A DNA stretch of 64,000 nt from Kiritimatiellia bacterium (GTDB lineage Bacteria > Verrucomicrobiota > Kiritimatiellia > RZYC01). The notes beneath the pieces are model-generated. The model saw only the letters and a program-made list of their open reading frames with translations, searched no databases and was not told where the DNA came from. The position numbers and the translations under genes were made by a program. How positions within the stretch are numbered: position 1 is the first letter of the stretch; every line of letters starts with the position of its first letter. The stretch lies in NCBI GenBank assembly GCA_028708815.1, contig JAQVYB010000004.1, positions 660 to 64,659 on the forward strand, written 5' to 3'. Shown here in pieces: positions 50,676-59,649 of the stretch.

Positions 50676-51857
50676 TCACACAAACCGAATACGCATCATC
50701 GAGAAATCGTCCTCCAGATATTCCGCCGCGTGCATGGCAAACACATGCCGATGCAACTCGTCAATCACGCCGGCTTGTTCGCCGAGTGCCGCGCAGCGTT
50801 CGATCAGAAATTCGGTCAGTCCCTCCAGCGACCACATGGTTCCATCGCTCATGGAAACCTCGTAGACGCCATCCGAAAAGACAAACAACGACGCACCCTT
50901 CGGCACGGGGGTCTCCGCCGTGACATACACCATGTCAGGCATGCCGCCCACGATCATGCCGGGCGTCTTCAACTCCTCCGCCTTCCCTTCTGAAATCAGC
51001 AGAGAGGGCGGATGCCCGCCCGATGAATAACGCAGCACTGCCGTTTTCACGTCATACACCCCATACCACATGGTGAAATACAAATCGTTGTTCTTTTCCA
51101 TCTGAAAGGTGTCATTCATCGCAACCAGCACCGCCGACGGATCCAGAAAATCCACCTGCGGCAGACTTTGCGACCGCAGCACATTGATCGCGGAAACAGA
51201 AAGCAGCGCCGGCCCGACCCCATGATCGCACACATCGAGCAAATAAATCGCCAGATGGTCGGCATCCACCCAGTGATAGCCGAATGAATCCCCACCCAGA
51301 CGCGCCGACGGGATATACGTCCATTCCGTCCGCAATCCCTTTTCATCCATGGGCGCAGGCAGGATCGACATAACGTAATCCGCCGCAATCGCCAATTCCT
51401 CCGCCAGCTTTTCCTGGCTTGCCTTTAAGGCATCATAGGCCTCATTGCGCTCCAACAGATTGATATAGCCCTTGGAGTGATAACGTATGCGTGCCACCAG
51501 CTCGAGGCGGTCGGGCAGCTTCACCAGATAATCGTTCGCGCCCGCCGCAAAGGCATCCGCCTTTGTCTTCGGCTCCTCCTTGGTTGAAAGCACAATCAGC
51601 GGAACTTCCTTCAGCGCAGAATGACCCCGGAAAAAGCGTACCAAGGTCATCCCGTCAATCTCCGGCATCACCAAATCCTGCAGGATAACCGTTGGATTGA
51701 ATTCGGCGGCCAGGGTGAGCGCCTGCGCGGGATCCTGACAATGAATAAACTGAATATCCTGCTCCGGGGCCAGCATGCGCCGCACCTGCTCGCCGACAAT
51801 CGCCTGATCATCCACCAGAAATACCCGGATATCGTGATGCTGCAATTCGTTGATCAT
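50676..51857 (-). CDS. Response-regulator receiver fused to PP2C-type (SpoIIE/RsbU-like) phosphatase
   Basis: REC domain (VFLVDDQ...VILQDLVMPEIDG...K) followed by a PP2C/SpoIIE domain with metal-binding Asp residues (GGDSFGY, DVCDHGVG, FVFSDGVYE). Confidence 0.85.
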   Translation of the reverse strand: MINELQHHDIRVFLVDDQAIVGEQVRRMLAPEQDIQFIHCQDPAQALTLAAEFNPTVILQDLVMPEIDGMTLVRFFRGHSALKEVPLIVLSTKEEPKTKADAFAAGANDYLVKLPDRLELVARIRYHSKGYINLLERNEAYDALKASQEKLAEELAIAADYVMSILPAPMDEKGLRTEWTYIPSARLGGDSFGYHWVDADHLAIYLLDVCDHGVGPALLSVSAINVLRSQSLPQVDFLDPSAVLVAMNDTFQMEKNNDLYFTMWYGVYDVKTAVLRYSSGGHPPSLLISEGKAEELKTPGMIVGGMPDMVYVTAETPVPKGASLFVFSDGVYEVSMSDGTMWSLEGLTEFLIERCAALGEQAGVIDELHRHVFAMHAAEYLEDDFSMMRIRFV

Positions 51858-51982
51858 GGTTATTTATCCTCTGCTTTACGCGAACAATAACAAAAAACAT
51901 CCCCCGGACGAACTGTTTTTTTTTGACGCCGCGCCCAATTCTTCCCATGCTCCCATGCAACATCACAGGAAAACAACGGAAC

Positions 51983-52702
51983 ATGACCAACCTCACGCCT
52001 CATCCTCAACCACGCGCCCAGGGAAACGACCGTCAGATCCGTCTCGATCTCGACCGCCTGCAACGTCAGGGCTTTCCCGAGACCGTCTTCTGCCCCGGAA
52101 AAACCACCGAACAACTGCGCGAAATCTTCCGCACAATGACCCAGGCCCGGCAGAACGTCATGGCCACCCGCGCCACACCGGACCTCCATGCCGAATTGGT
52201 CCGTTTCTTCCCCGAGGCCGTCTACCATACCGATGCACACCTCATCACGCTGGACGTGGTTCCCCTTCCCGAACCGCGCGGGCAAATCAGCATCATCTGC
52301 GCAGGCACCGCCGATGTGCCCGTGGCCGAAGAGGCCCGCATCACCGCGATGCGCTTTGGTGCGAAAACCCACACCATCTATGATGCCGGCGTGGCCGGAC
52401 TGCACCGTCTGACCTCGGCCATCGACGAAACAGCCTCCTCCAATGCCGTCATCGTGGTCGCCGGCATGGAGGGCGCCCTCCCCTCCGTGGTGGGCGGGCT
52501 GATTGATCTACCTCTCATCGCCGTGCCCACCAGCGTGGGATACGGCTGGAACCTGGAAGGTCTCTCCGCGCTGCTGGCCATGCTGAATTCCTGCGCCGCA
52601 GGCGTAACCGTGGTGAACGTGGATAACGGCTACGGCGCAGGCGTAGCCGCCGCACGAATCAACCGTCGGGTAACCACTTCCACCAAATCCCCCGCAGCCT
52701 GA
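51983..52702 (+). CDS. larB: LarB-like PurE-family protein (nickel-pincer cofactor biosynthesis, P2CMN synthase homologue)
   Basis: LarB-specific N-terminal region (RLDLDRLQRQGFPETVFCPGKT) plus PurE-like C-terminal domain (ICAGTADVPVAEEA, VVAGMEGALPSVVGG); start at ATG 51983. Confidence 0.65.
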   Translation: MTNLTPHPQPRAQGNDRQIRLDLDRLQRQGFPETVFCPGKTTEQLREIFRTMTQARQNVMATRATPDLHAELVRFFPEAVYHTDAHLITLDVVPLPEPRGQISIICAGTADVPVAEEARITAMRFGAKTHTIYDAGVAGLHRLTSAIDETASSNAVIVVAGMEGALPSVVGGLIDLPLIAVPTSVGYGWNLEGLSALLAMLNSCAAGVTVVNVDNGYGAGVAAARINRRVTTSTKSPAA

Positions 52703-52779
52703 GAATCCGATTGCTTCATACAAACGCCTCGCCTCTGGTCTTCCGGCATTTTAAACAGACCATCAGCCGTCATTCCGGC

Positions 52780-54291
52780 TTACAATCCTGAATCAAAAAG
52801 GAGCGTTTGGCCTTCTTCTATCACCAATTCCTCCGCGACCGGCAAAGGCTCATCCATTCCTTCAACATATACTATAAGCCGGTAGGTTCCCGCCGGGACA
52901 ATATAGGGCGTCCATAACGTCGATTTATTGCCGGAAGGCGGGCGCGCCTGTAACAGGGGCGAAGCCGTTATAGGAGCGCCTTCATCTTCCGCCTCGTCGG
53001 CTATCGCCTGCGAGGAAAGTGGAATCAAATCCCAGCCGGAAATATCTGTATTCGCGACCTCTTGAAAAACGATACCGGAATCCAATGTCACCACCGTTTC
53101 TTCCCCGGGCTTAACAAGCACATCGGTTGCAACCGGCGTGGGATTGGGACTGTGGGAATAGTGAATAAGAATGTCATACTTTCCCGGAAGAACGGCTTTT
53201 GGAACAAAATTATAATAGCCGTTATTGTTATCGTTTACCACCACGACCGGTTTATCTGAACCGGATTCAGCGATAATGACCTGTTCGACAGAGGCGTCCT
53301 CTTGCAGGAGATCGGCGATGTTGAAGACAATCCCCCCCAGCGGGATATTCTTCGTTTCCCCTCCTGTTGCGGTTACCTTCCCAAGGGGGGTTACGGTAGG
53401 CGCTCCATAGTTCGGCGTCGCAAACAGGTATTCAAGTGCGTATTCGCCGGCGATGACAGGATGGGTTGTCTCGGCCTTTAACCGTTCGGTCTCTTTGACG
53501 GTCTTGCCATCGGAAACCCTGATGATTTTCAGCCCGGCCATTCCTTTTGTTGTGCTTTCCGGCATGCTTAACTTGATTTTACCAAGCCCTGTGGCGGACT
53601 TCACCTGAACGGACTTCGCCTTTTCCACCGTCACCTTTTTCTCAAGCTCCGTGCTCACGCTATTCAGTGCATTAAGAAGAGACGGCACATCATTCGCCAT
53701 TAGGTAGGTTCCGCCACCGGCCTCGGCCAGGCAACGTAACTGCTCACTGTCTTCTTCGAAGACGCCAAACCCCACAACATGCATCACAAACTTAATGCCG
53801 GTGGCCTTCAAATCCCGCACAGCCTGGCAGGGATCAACGGCACAGGTTTCAATGCCGTCGCTGATTAACACGATGGTCGTTTCATTTTCTTTTGTCTTGA
53901 GTTGTTCCACCACAATGCCGATTGCATCACTGATTGGTGTTTTCCCTTTAGGCTGAAGGGCCTGAACTTTTTCGATCAGGGCGACGCGATCATCACTGCC
54001 GGAGGGAATAAGCACTTCAATATCCTTGCAGTCACCTTTCCGGCGGTGCCCATAAGCAACAAGACCAACCTTTACCTCTGCGGGTAAACCAGGAACAATC
54101 TCAGACATAACGGCTTTTGCCGCCTCGATTTTTGTGGTGTCGCCCGCCGGCCCCCACATACTCCCGGAGGCATCAACGATAAAAGTGACTTCAGGATAAG
54201 AGGAAGCATTTACGGTGATCGTGGAATACCCCATTAAAAGAATCAACACGGGATAAAGCATCATTTTGAAAAATGGACACAACACTCTCAT
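52780..54291 (-). CDS. Secreted von Willebrand factor type A (VWA) domain protein with C-terminal beta-rich extension
   Basis: Signal peptide; VWA MIDAS motif (FIVDASGSMWG...T..ISDG); strong RBS AAAGGAGG; noticeably lower GC than flanking genes. Confidence 0.7.
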   Translation of the reverse strand: MRVLCPFFKMMLYPVLILLMGYSTITVNASSYPEVTFIVDASGSMWGPAGDTTKIEAAKAVMSEIVPGLPAEVKVGLVAYGHRRKGDCKDIEVLIPSGSDDRVALIEKVQALQPKGKTPISDAIGIVVEQLKTKENETTIVLISDGIETCAVDPCQAVRDLKATGIKFVMHVVGFGVFEEDSEQLRCLAEAGGGTYLMANDVPSLLNALNSVSTELEKKVTVEKAKSVQVKSATGLGKIKLSMPESTTKGMAGLKIIRVSDGKTVKETERLKAETTHPVIAGEYALEYLFATPNYGAPTVTPLGKVTATGGETKNIPLGGIVFNIADLLQEDASVEQVIIAESGSDKPVVVVNDNNNGYYNFVPKAVLPGKYDILIHYSHSPNPTPVATDVLVKPGEETVVTLDSGIVFQEVANTDISGWDLIPLSSQAIADEAEDEGAPITASPLLQARPPSGNKSTLWTPYIVPAGTYRLIVYVEGMDEPLPVAEELVIEEGQTLLFDSGL

Positions 54292-54445
54292 GGTCTCTTA
54301 CCTCCTTTGACGACATTAAATCACTCACGATGTGACGTATGGATCGAACCACTCTGAATTGACCCATTTGACCGTTACTTTTGTCAAGGTAAAAGACCTC
54401 GACCATTAAAGCATCGTTGGTCTCACCGCCCTTTATTCTCTCAAA

Positions 54446-56044
54446 CTACAAACGAATGCCCATCACCAGCACGTCGTCAATCTGCGCCTGGGAACCACGC
54501 CATTCCTCGAAGGACTGATTCAGCAGGCGGGCTTGCTCATCCATACTTTTTCCAGAGATCTTCTGCAGCAGAGACAAAAATCCCGAACGCATCAGTTTTT
54601 TTCTTTCCGGGCCGCCAAACTGATCCTGGAATCCATCCGTGGCCAGATAGAACACATCGCCGCGTTTGGCAGGAAAGAGCTGCACATCGAATGGGACAGT
54701 ACGCCTTCGGGCCCGTTCGCCAATGGCGCGGGGCGTCCCTTTGACGAGGCGAACAGCCCCCGCATCCAAACGATACAACGGCAACCGGGCCCCGGCATAG
54801 CGCAGGGTTTCGGCGTGTGCATCCAGCACACATACAGCCATCTCCATGCCTTCCTGCAACCCCCGCTCACCTTCGACATTCAGCAATCGCTTCAACCGCT
54901 CATCCACCTGCTCCAGAATTTTGCCCGGATCATCGGATTGCTCCTCATTCACCACATGATGAAGCACTTCATTGCCCAGCAGCGTCATGAAAGCCCCCGG
55001 CACGCCGTGCCCCGTACAATCCGCACACACCACCACCTGCCGTCCGGATACCTGGCCGAACCAGTAGAAATCGCCACTCACAATGTCACGCGGACGCAGA
55101 TAAATCATGGCATCGGGAAATTGCCGTATAATGCGCCGGGTATCGGCCAGAATACCGTTCTGAATACGCTGCGCGCAGTGGATGCTGTCGGTGATTTCCC
55201 GGTTTTTATGCGCGGACTTCTGTTGCGACGCCTCGGCCTGAATCCGCGCCTCATCCAGCGCCGCATTCATTTTCCGCTGTGCGGTGACGTCAATCAGCAC
55301 CCCGTTGAAAATCACTTCGTCCTCGGTGATTTCACCGGGACGGCTCAAATCCCGTATCCAGCGGATTTTCCCGTCGGCACCGGTCAGCGAACGTTCAAAG
55401 GACCAATCCACCGAGGCATCAGCGGCACTCCGCAAGGCCTCCTCCCATTGGGCGCCTCCTCGCGCGGGCAGCCGGGGCACATGCCAGGACGCCTTCAACT
55501 GCTCGGTCGATTGCTGAAGCAACTCCTCGCAGCGCGGACTCATGTAGCGATAGCCGCATTCCCCGTTGGATCGCTCGTACCACTGATAAATCACCCCCGG
55601 TACATTAGCCGCCATGGACTGAAAGCGCTCCTCCTGCCGGCGCAGATCGCGTTCCAGTGTTTTCCGCTTCGTGATGTCGCGCAGCAGCAACAGATGGCAG
55701 GCCTGCCCAAACCAGGGCAGCGGTCCCTTGCGGATTTCCAGTATGCGCGATTCCCCTTTTTCATTCTGCACGGTGATTTCGGTGGTGGCGGAACAGGCCT
55801 CCGGCGCCATGAAAAGGTGCCCCATCAACTTCCGCCCGGACCGATGCAGCAATTCCGGCGCGGCACGATTCACATACAGCACGATTCCGCTCCGGTTGAC
55901 GATGACCATGCCATCCACACTATGCCCATGCAGCGCCTTCACCAGGGCGTGCTCACGACGGTACAAACGCAACAGGACCGATAAAACCAGCGCGGCAATC
56001 AACCCGCAGAGAAGCAGCCACGCCATAGGCACTTCCACCATCAT
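54446..56044 (-). CDS. Membrane-anchored PAS-domain PP2C-type Ser/Thr phosphatase (SiaA/RsbU-like)
   Basis: N-terminal TM helix, two PAS-like segments, C-terminal SpoIIE/PP2C domain (SGDFYWF, DCTGHGV, LATDGF); ATG overlaps upstream HK stop (ATGATGG). Confidence 0.8.
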   Translation of the reverse strand: MMVEVPMAWLLLCGLIAALVLSVLLRLYRREHALVKALHGHSVDGMVIVNRSGIVLYVNRAAPELLHRSGRKLMGHLFMAPEACSATTEITVQNEKGESRILEIRKGPLPWFGQACHLLLLRDITKRKTLERDLRRQEERFQSMAANVPGVIYQWYERSNGECGYRYMSPRCEELLQQSTEQLKASWHVPRLPARGGAQWEEALRSAADASVDWSFERSLTGADGKIRWIRDLSRPGEITEDEVIFNGVLIDVTAQRKMNAALDEARIQAEASQQKSAHKNREITDSIHCAQRIQNGILADTRRIIRQFPDAMIYLRPRDIVSGDFYWFGQVSGRQVVVCADCTGHGVPGAFMTLLGNEVLHHVVNEEQSDDPGKILEQVDERLKRLLNVEGERGLQEGMEMAVCVLDAHAETLRYAGARLPLYRLDAGAVRLVKGTPRAIGERARRRTVPFDVQLFPAKRGDVFYLATDGFQDQFGGPERKKLMRSGFLSLLQKISGKSMDEQARLLNQSFEEWRGSQAQIDDVLVMGIRL

Positions 56045-57453
56045 GGAGTCGCCGCTCCGGGCTGTCGAAGCCCACGCCGAATCGCCGACGCCAGTTTTTC
56101 ACGATTGATCGGTTTGGCCACATAGTCATTCAGGCCATGCCGACGGCACAGGGCAATGAACTCGTCCCCGGCGTGAGCCGTCATGGCAACGATCGGAATC
56201 GCAGAACACCCGCCGGACGCCTCATCCGCCCGGACAAAATCCGCGACCGTCAATCCATCCACCTTCGGCATCTGCACATCCAGCAAAAGCAAATCATACG
56301 GCACCGGGCAACCATCCGGCATCCGTTTTCCGGCGGCATCAAGCCCCAGTTTCGCCAGCGCCTCCTCCCCGTCGCCGACCAGATCATGGGCATAACCCAG
56401 GCGCTTCAGCAGCAGAGAAATCACCTTCTGGTTCACGGCATTATCCTCCGCCACCAACAGGCGAAACGCCCCCGAATGCGGCGCTTCATCGAGCGAACCG
56501 TGCTCGGCGCAAGTATCGGTTTTCCGGGGTTCATCAACGGAATGATCTTCCGCCACCAACACCGTAAACCAGAAGTCGGAGCCGTGACCCTCCTCGCTGC
56601 TCAACCCCATTTTACCACCCATCAAGCCGGCAAGGCGCTTGCAGATCGAAAGGCCAAGTCCTGTTCCTCCGAAAATTCGAGAGGTGGATTCATCGGCCTG
56701 AGAGAACGGCTCAAACAGCTGCTTCTGGCGCTCAGCCGGGATGCCGATGCCCGTATCCCGAACATGAAAGATCAGATGAATCGCCTCCGGGCCGGAGGGA
56801 CGTGCGCCGACGGTCAACCGCACCTCGCCCGCCGGGGTGAACTTCACCGCATTGGAAAGCAGGTTCAACAGGATCTGTCGAATGCGCCCCGCATCGGCAC
56901 GCACCCGGATCGGTACGGCGGAATCCACCTCGGCCGCGAGGTGCAGGCCCGACTCTTCGGCGCGCGGCTTCATCAAACGAATCACTGACGCAACCATTTC
57001 GTGCAAATCAAAGGGCCGCACTTCGACATCCATTTTACCCGCCTCGATTTTGGCCAGGTCCAACGCTTCATTGATTAAATCCAGCAGAAGATGCCCGGAC
57101 GAAAGAATATCCTCCACCCATTCCCGCTGCATCTCCTGGAGACCCGATTCCTTCAGCAGGTCCGTCAGGCCGAGTATCCCGTTCAACGGCGTACGCAATT
57201 CGTGACTCATGCCCGCCACAAAGGCGCTTTTCGCCTCCGTGGCTTTCTTCAGGGCCTGCTGCGCGGTCAGGAGTTTGTTCTGGATGGCATCGCTGATGTG
57301 CACCAACTTGTCTGAGATATCCACGAGACACGCATAGTGCTGAAGCAAACCCAGATAATCTTCGACCGTGATTTTCCCGCTGCGCGCCAGTGCACGCGCC
57401 TTGGCCACATGCTCGTGGTCCTGAAAAAACAGGCTGATTCGCTCCTCGTGCAT
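56041..57453 (-). CDS. Soluble hybrid histidine kinase lacking a sensor domain (coiled-coil-HisKA-HATPase_c-REC)
   Basis: H-box FVAGMSHELRTPLNGILG, HATPase_c (DTGIGI, GGTGLGLSI), receiver (LLLDVQMPKVDG); no TM or sensor domain; start chosen at ATG 57453 (alternative 57474). Confidence 0.8.
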   Translation of the reverse strand: MHEERISLFFQDHEHVAKARALARSGKITVEDYLGLLQHYACLVDISDKLVHISDAIQNKLLTAQQALKKATEAKSAFVAGMSHELRTPLNGILGLTDLLKESGLQEMQREWVEDILSSGHLLLDLINEALDLAKIEAGKMDVEVRPFDLHEMVASVIRLMKPRAEESGLHLAAEVDSAVPIRVRADAGRIRQILLNLLSNAVKFTPAGEVRLTVGARPSGPEAIHLIFHVRDTGIGIPAERQKQLFEPFSQADESTSRIFGGTGLGLSICKRLAGLMGGKMGLSSEEGHGSDFWFTVLVAEDHSVDEPRKTDTCAEHGSLDEAPHSGAFRLLVAEDNAVNQKVISLLLKRLGYAHDLVGDGEEALAKLGLDAAGKRMPDGCPVPYDLLLLDVQMPKVDGLTVADFVRADEASGGCSAIPIVAMTAHAGDEFIALCRRHGLNDYVAKPINREKLASAIRRGLRQPGAATP

Positions 57454-57460
57454 AAACGGC

Positions 57461-57844
57461 CTACGCTTCCTCATCCATTACCAGATGAAATGGAAAAGAG
57501 ACGCCATCGGCCAGCTCCTTTCCGCTTTCGAGCAGATCCTCATCGCCCTCGGCATAATGCCACCAAAGCATGACCGAAGCACCCTGGCGGGCGTACTCAT
57601 CCAACCGTTCCACCACATCCAGCAGACACTTGGACGAGCTTGAATTAAAATACGAGAGCGACACCTCCACCTTCAGCGGACGATGCCTGCCATCCATATA
57701 TTCATCCAACCACTGAAACACCGGACGGAAAAATTCCACCGCATTTTCCGGATAACATTCTCCGGTCAACCGCATGGCGCCGCTGTCTGCGCTCAGCAGA
57801 ACGCCGGGAGTGGATACACCGGATTCCAGATTCAGCTCATTCAT
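57461..57844 (-). CDS. DUF1987 / SiaC-like partner-switching phosphoprotein
   Basis: Pattern ECYPENAVEFF...LSYFNSSSSKCLLDVVERL...WWHY...FPF closely resembles the SiaC family; ATG 57844 with GGGAG RBS (ORF-track start 57862 is TTG). Confidence 0.75.
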   Translation of the reverse strand: MNELNLESGVSTPGVLLSADSGAMRLTGECYPENAVEFFRPVFQWLDEYMDGRHRPLKVEVSLSYFNSSSSKCLLDVVERLDEYARQGASVMLWWHYAEGDEDLLESGKELADGVSFPFHLVMDEEA

Positions 57845-58391
57845 GGTCGGCTCCCGTCTCAAGAATGGCGGTAATCACCACAAAATCATACCGGTCACTC
57901 ACGGTTTCGAAATTCACATAAAAACGCCCGCCGGTTTTAACGGCCAATTCGGCCAGGCCCAATCCGGCGTGCGGGCCGTGGCGCGGCGCCTTTCGCTGCC
58001 GGTCCTGACGCCGCTTCCGCTCTTCCGCCTCACACGAAGTCCACCAGTCAACCTGCTCCGCCAGGCGCAACGATTCATCCCGAAGAATCAGATTGCCTGA
58101 CTGCACCTTAATTCGGCCCTCCTCTTCGCTGATTTCCATCATCCCCACCCCGCACGGCGTTCCGCCTTCCCCGGCATCCGCCTTTTCCGCGGAATGATGC
58201 AGAACATTCTGGGCCATTTCCACAAAAACGGCCTGCAACCGCCCCGCATAAAGCTTCTTCGGCCCCCACTGCTCCTTGATCGTCTGCGCCAGGCGCTCAA
58301 TCAAAGGCTGGGAAACCACGGTTTTAAAAGTGATCAGCATCCGGTTGTGTCCGGACCGCGTATACACCCGATGCATGCGCTTCGTATCCAC
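57837..58391 (-). CDS. SiaB-like GHKL-type protein kinase (anti-sigma-factor-like)
   Basis: N-terminal MLITFKTVVSQPLIERLAQTI...VFVEMAQNVLHHS resembles SiaB; C-terminal region with GLGLAEL G-box-like motif; start GTG 58391 or ATG 58376. Confidence 0.65.
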   Translation of the reverse strand: MDTKRMHRVYTRSGHNRMLITFKTVVSQPLIERLAQTIKEQWGPKKLYAGRLQAVFVEMAQNVLHHSAEKADAGEGGTPCGVGMMEISEEEGRIKVQSGNLILRDESLRLAEQVDWWTSCEAEERKRRQDRQRKAPRHGPHAGLGLAELAVKTGGRFYVNFETVSDRYDFVVITAILETGADHE

Positions 58392-58531
58392 AAACTACTC
58401 CTGGGTTGGAGGGCCGATGAGAAGAGTACCCCGCCCACGCAAAGGTGGCAATGCCGGAATGGGAAATCTTCCCTCCCGAACAACCCGCCGGAGAGTCTTC
58501 GCGCACTACTGATATGCACCGAATATGATGT

Positions 58532-59299
58532 TTATTTCATCCGCGCAATCGTGTACGGGGATTTCCAGGCGAAGCAAAGATTCATGGCCCAGCGAATGAG
58601 GGCGGGCAGGGCGTTTTCCATCGTCTCGGGCTTCAGTCCGCCCGATTCGATGGCACGCGCCATACGGACGCCGAGAGCACGGGCCTCTTCGAGCTGAGTC
58701 ATACTCAAGCGGCGCAGGGTATAGAGGCGTTTCCAGTCGCGATCGTTTTCCGGGAGACGCTCCAACTCGGCGGCGGCATACATATCGCCGATCCACTGCC
58801 CATTCAATTCGAGCGGAGTATTGCTCTTCATCCAGCGGGTCCCGTCATCGCAGAACCGACGCAACAGGCCGGGGATTCCGCCCGCCGTAACAATCGAGGC
58901 CAGCGCACGCACCTTGTCGCCCAGACGCGTTTCCAGGTTGAAGCAGTGATTGAGCGGCGGACCGGGGCGCATCGCACGCCAGGCCAGACGATCCATGAAC
59001 GTGGTCATCAGGCTGGTCACAAATCCGCAGTGAACGGACGAGGCAAAGCAGACGCCATCCGCCGATACTATCTCCGCAAGAACCGCATCCATGTCGTCCT
59101 GCAAACTGCACGGCGCGACCCCCTCGCCTTCATACGCATAACAGTGGAGGCAATTCGTGCAATGGGCAATGTGTTTCTCGCGCAGCAGGATCAAATTCGT
59201 TTCGGCACCGAGAGACTGCGCGCCTTCGATAAAGGCGCGGACGAGTTGCGTGGTCGTCCCCTCGGCACGCGGACTTCCATGAATTACGAGTATCTTCAT
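58532..59299 (-). CDS. Flavodoxin-like fold NAD(P)H-dependent FMN reductase / iron-sulfur flavoprotein family
   Basis: MKILVIHGSPRAEGTT flavodoxin-like N-terminus, Cys cluster CTNCLHC; start at ATG 59299 (the long ORF-track N-terminal extension has no support). Confidence 0.65.
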   Translation of the reverse strand: MKILVIHGSPRAEGTTTQLVRAFIEGAQSLGAETNLILLREKHIAHCTNCLHCYAYEGEGVAPCSLQDDMDAVLAEIVSADGVCFASSVHCGFVTSLMTTFMDRLAWRAMRPGPPLNHCFNLETRLGDKVRALASIVTAGGIPGLLRRFCDDGTRWMKSNTPLELNGQWIGDMYAAAELERLPENDRDWKRLYTLRRLSMTQLEEARALGVRMARAIESGGLKPETMENALPALIRWAMNLCFAWKSPYTIARMK

Positions 59300-59649
59300 C
59301 GCGTTCCTTTCCCGTTTTCCAACGATCCGGCCATCTGCCGAACATTGGATACAGCCACAACCGATTGAGGCGATCCGCAATAACGGCCGGGCCGCAACCA
59401 ACTTCAAATGAAACCACGCAATAGTATACCGTCCGCCCCGCCCAACGAAAAGAGAGATTCCCTCTGAATATTCCGATCCACACGTCCCGCTGTAATGCCT
59501 TTCCTGCCGGCGGAAAACACCCATACCACCCTCACCGCAACCGCCGAAGGCCCGTATTTCTACCGCGTTCTCGTAGAATAATTTCATTTTTTACAAGCCT
59601 TGCCCACCCCTGATACGATAGGCTTCCACCGAGTCTAGGGGTGAAAAGC

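Noticed and set aside
54446-58391. Annotating the cluster as a canonical SiaABCD c-di-GMP module.
   Set aside because: No GGDEF/EAL protein is encoded. The position expected for SiaD is occupied by a hybrid histidine kinase, so only SiaA/B/C-like is justified.
58532-59587. Full 351-aa ORF as given in the track for the flavoprotein gene.
   Set aside because: The first 96 codons lack homology or an RBS and overlap other spurious ORFs. A strong start (MKILVIHGSPR with upstream GGAAAGGAA) begins at 59299.
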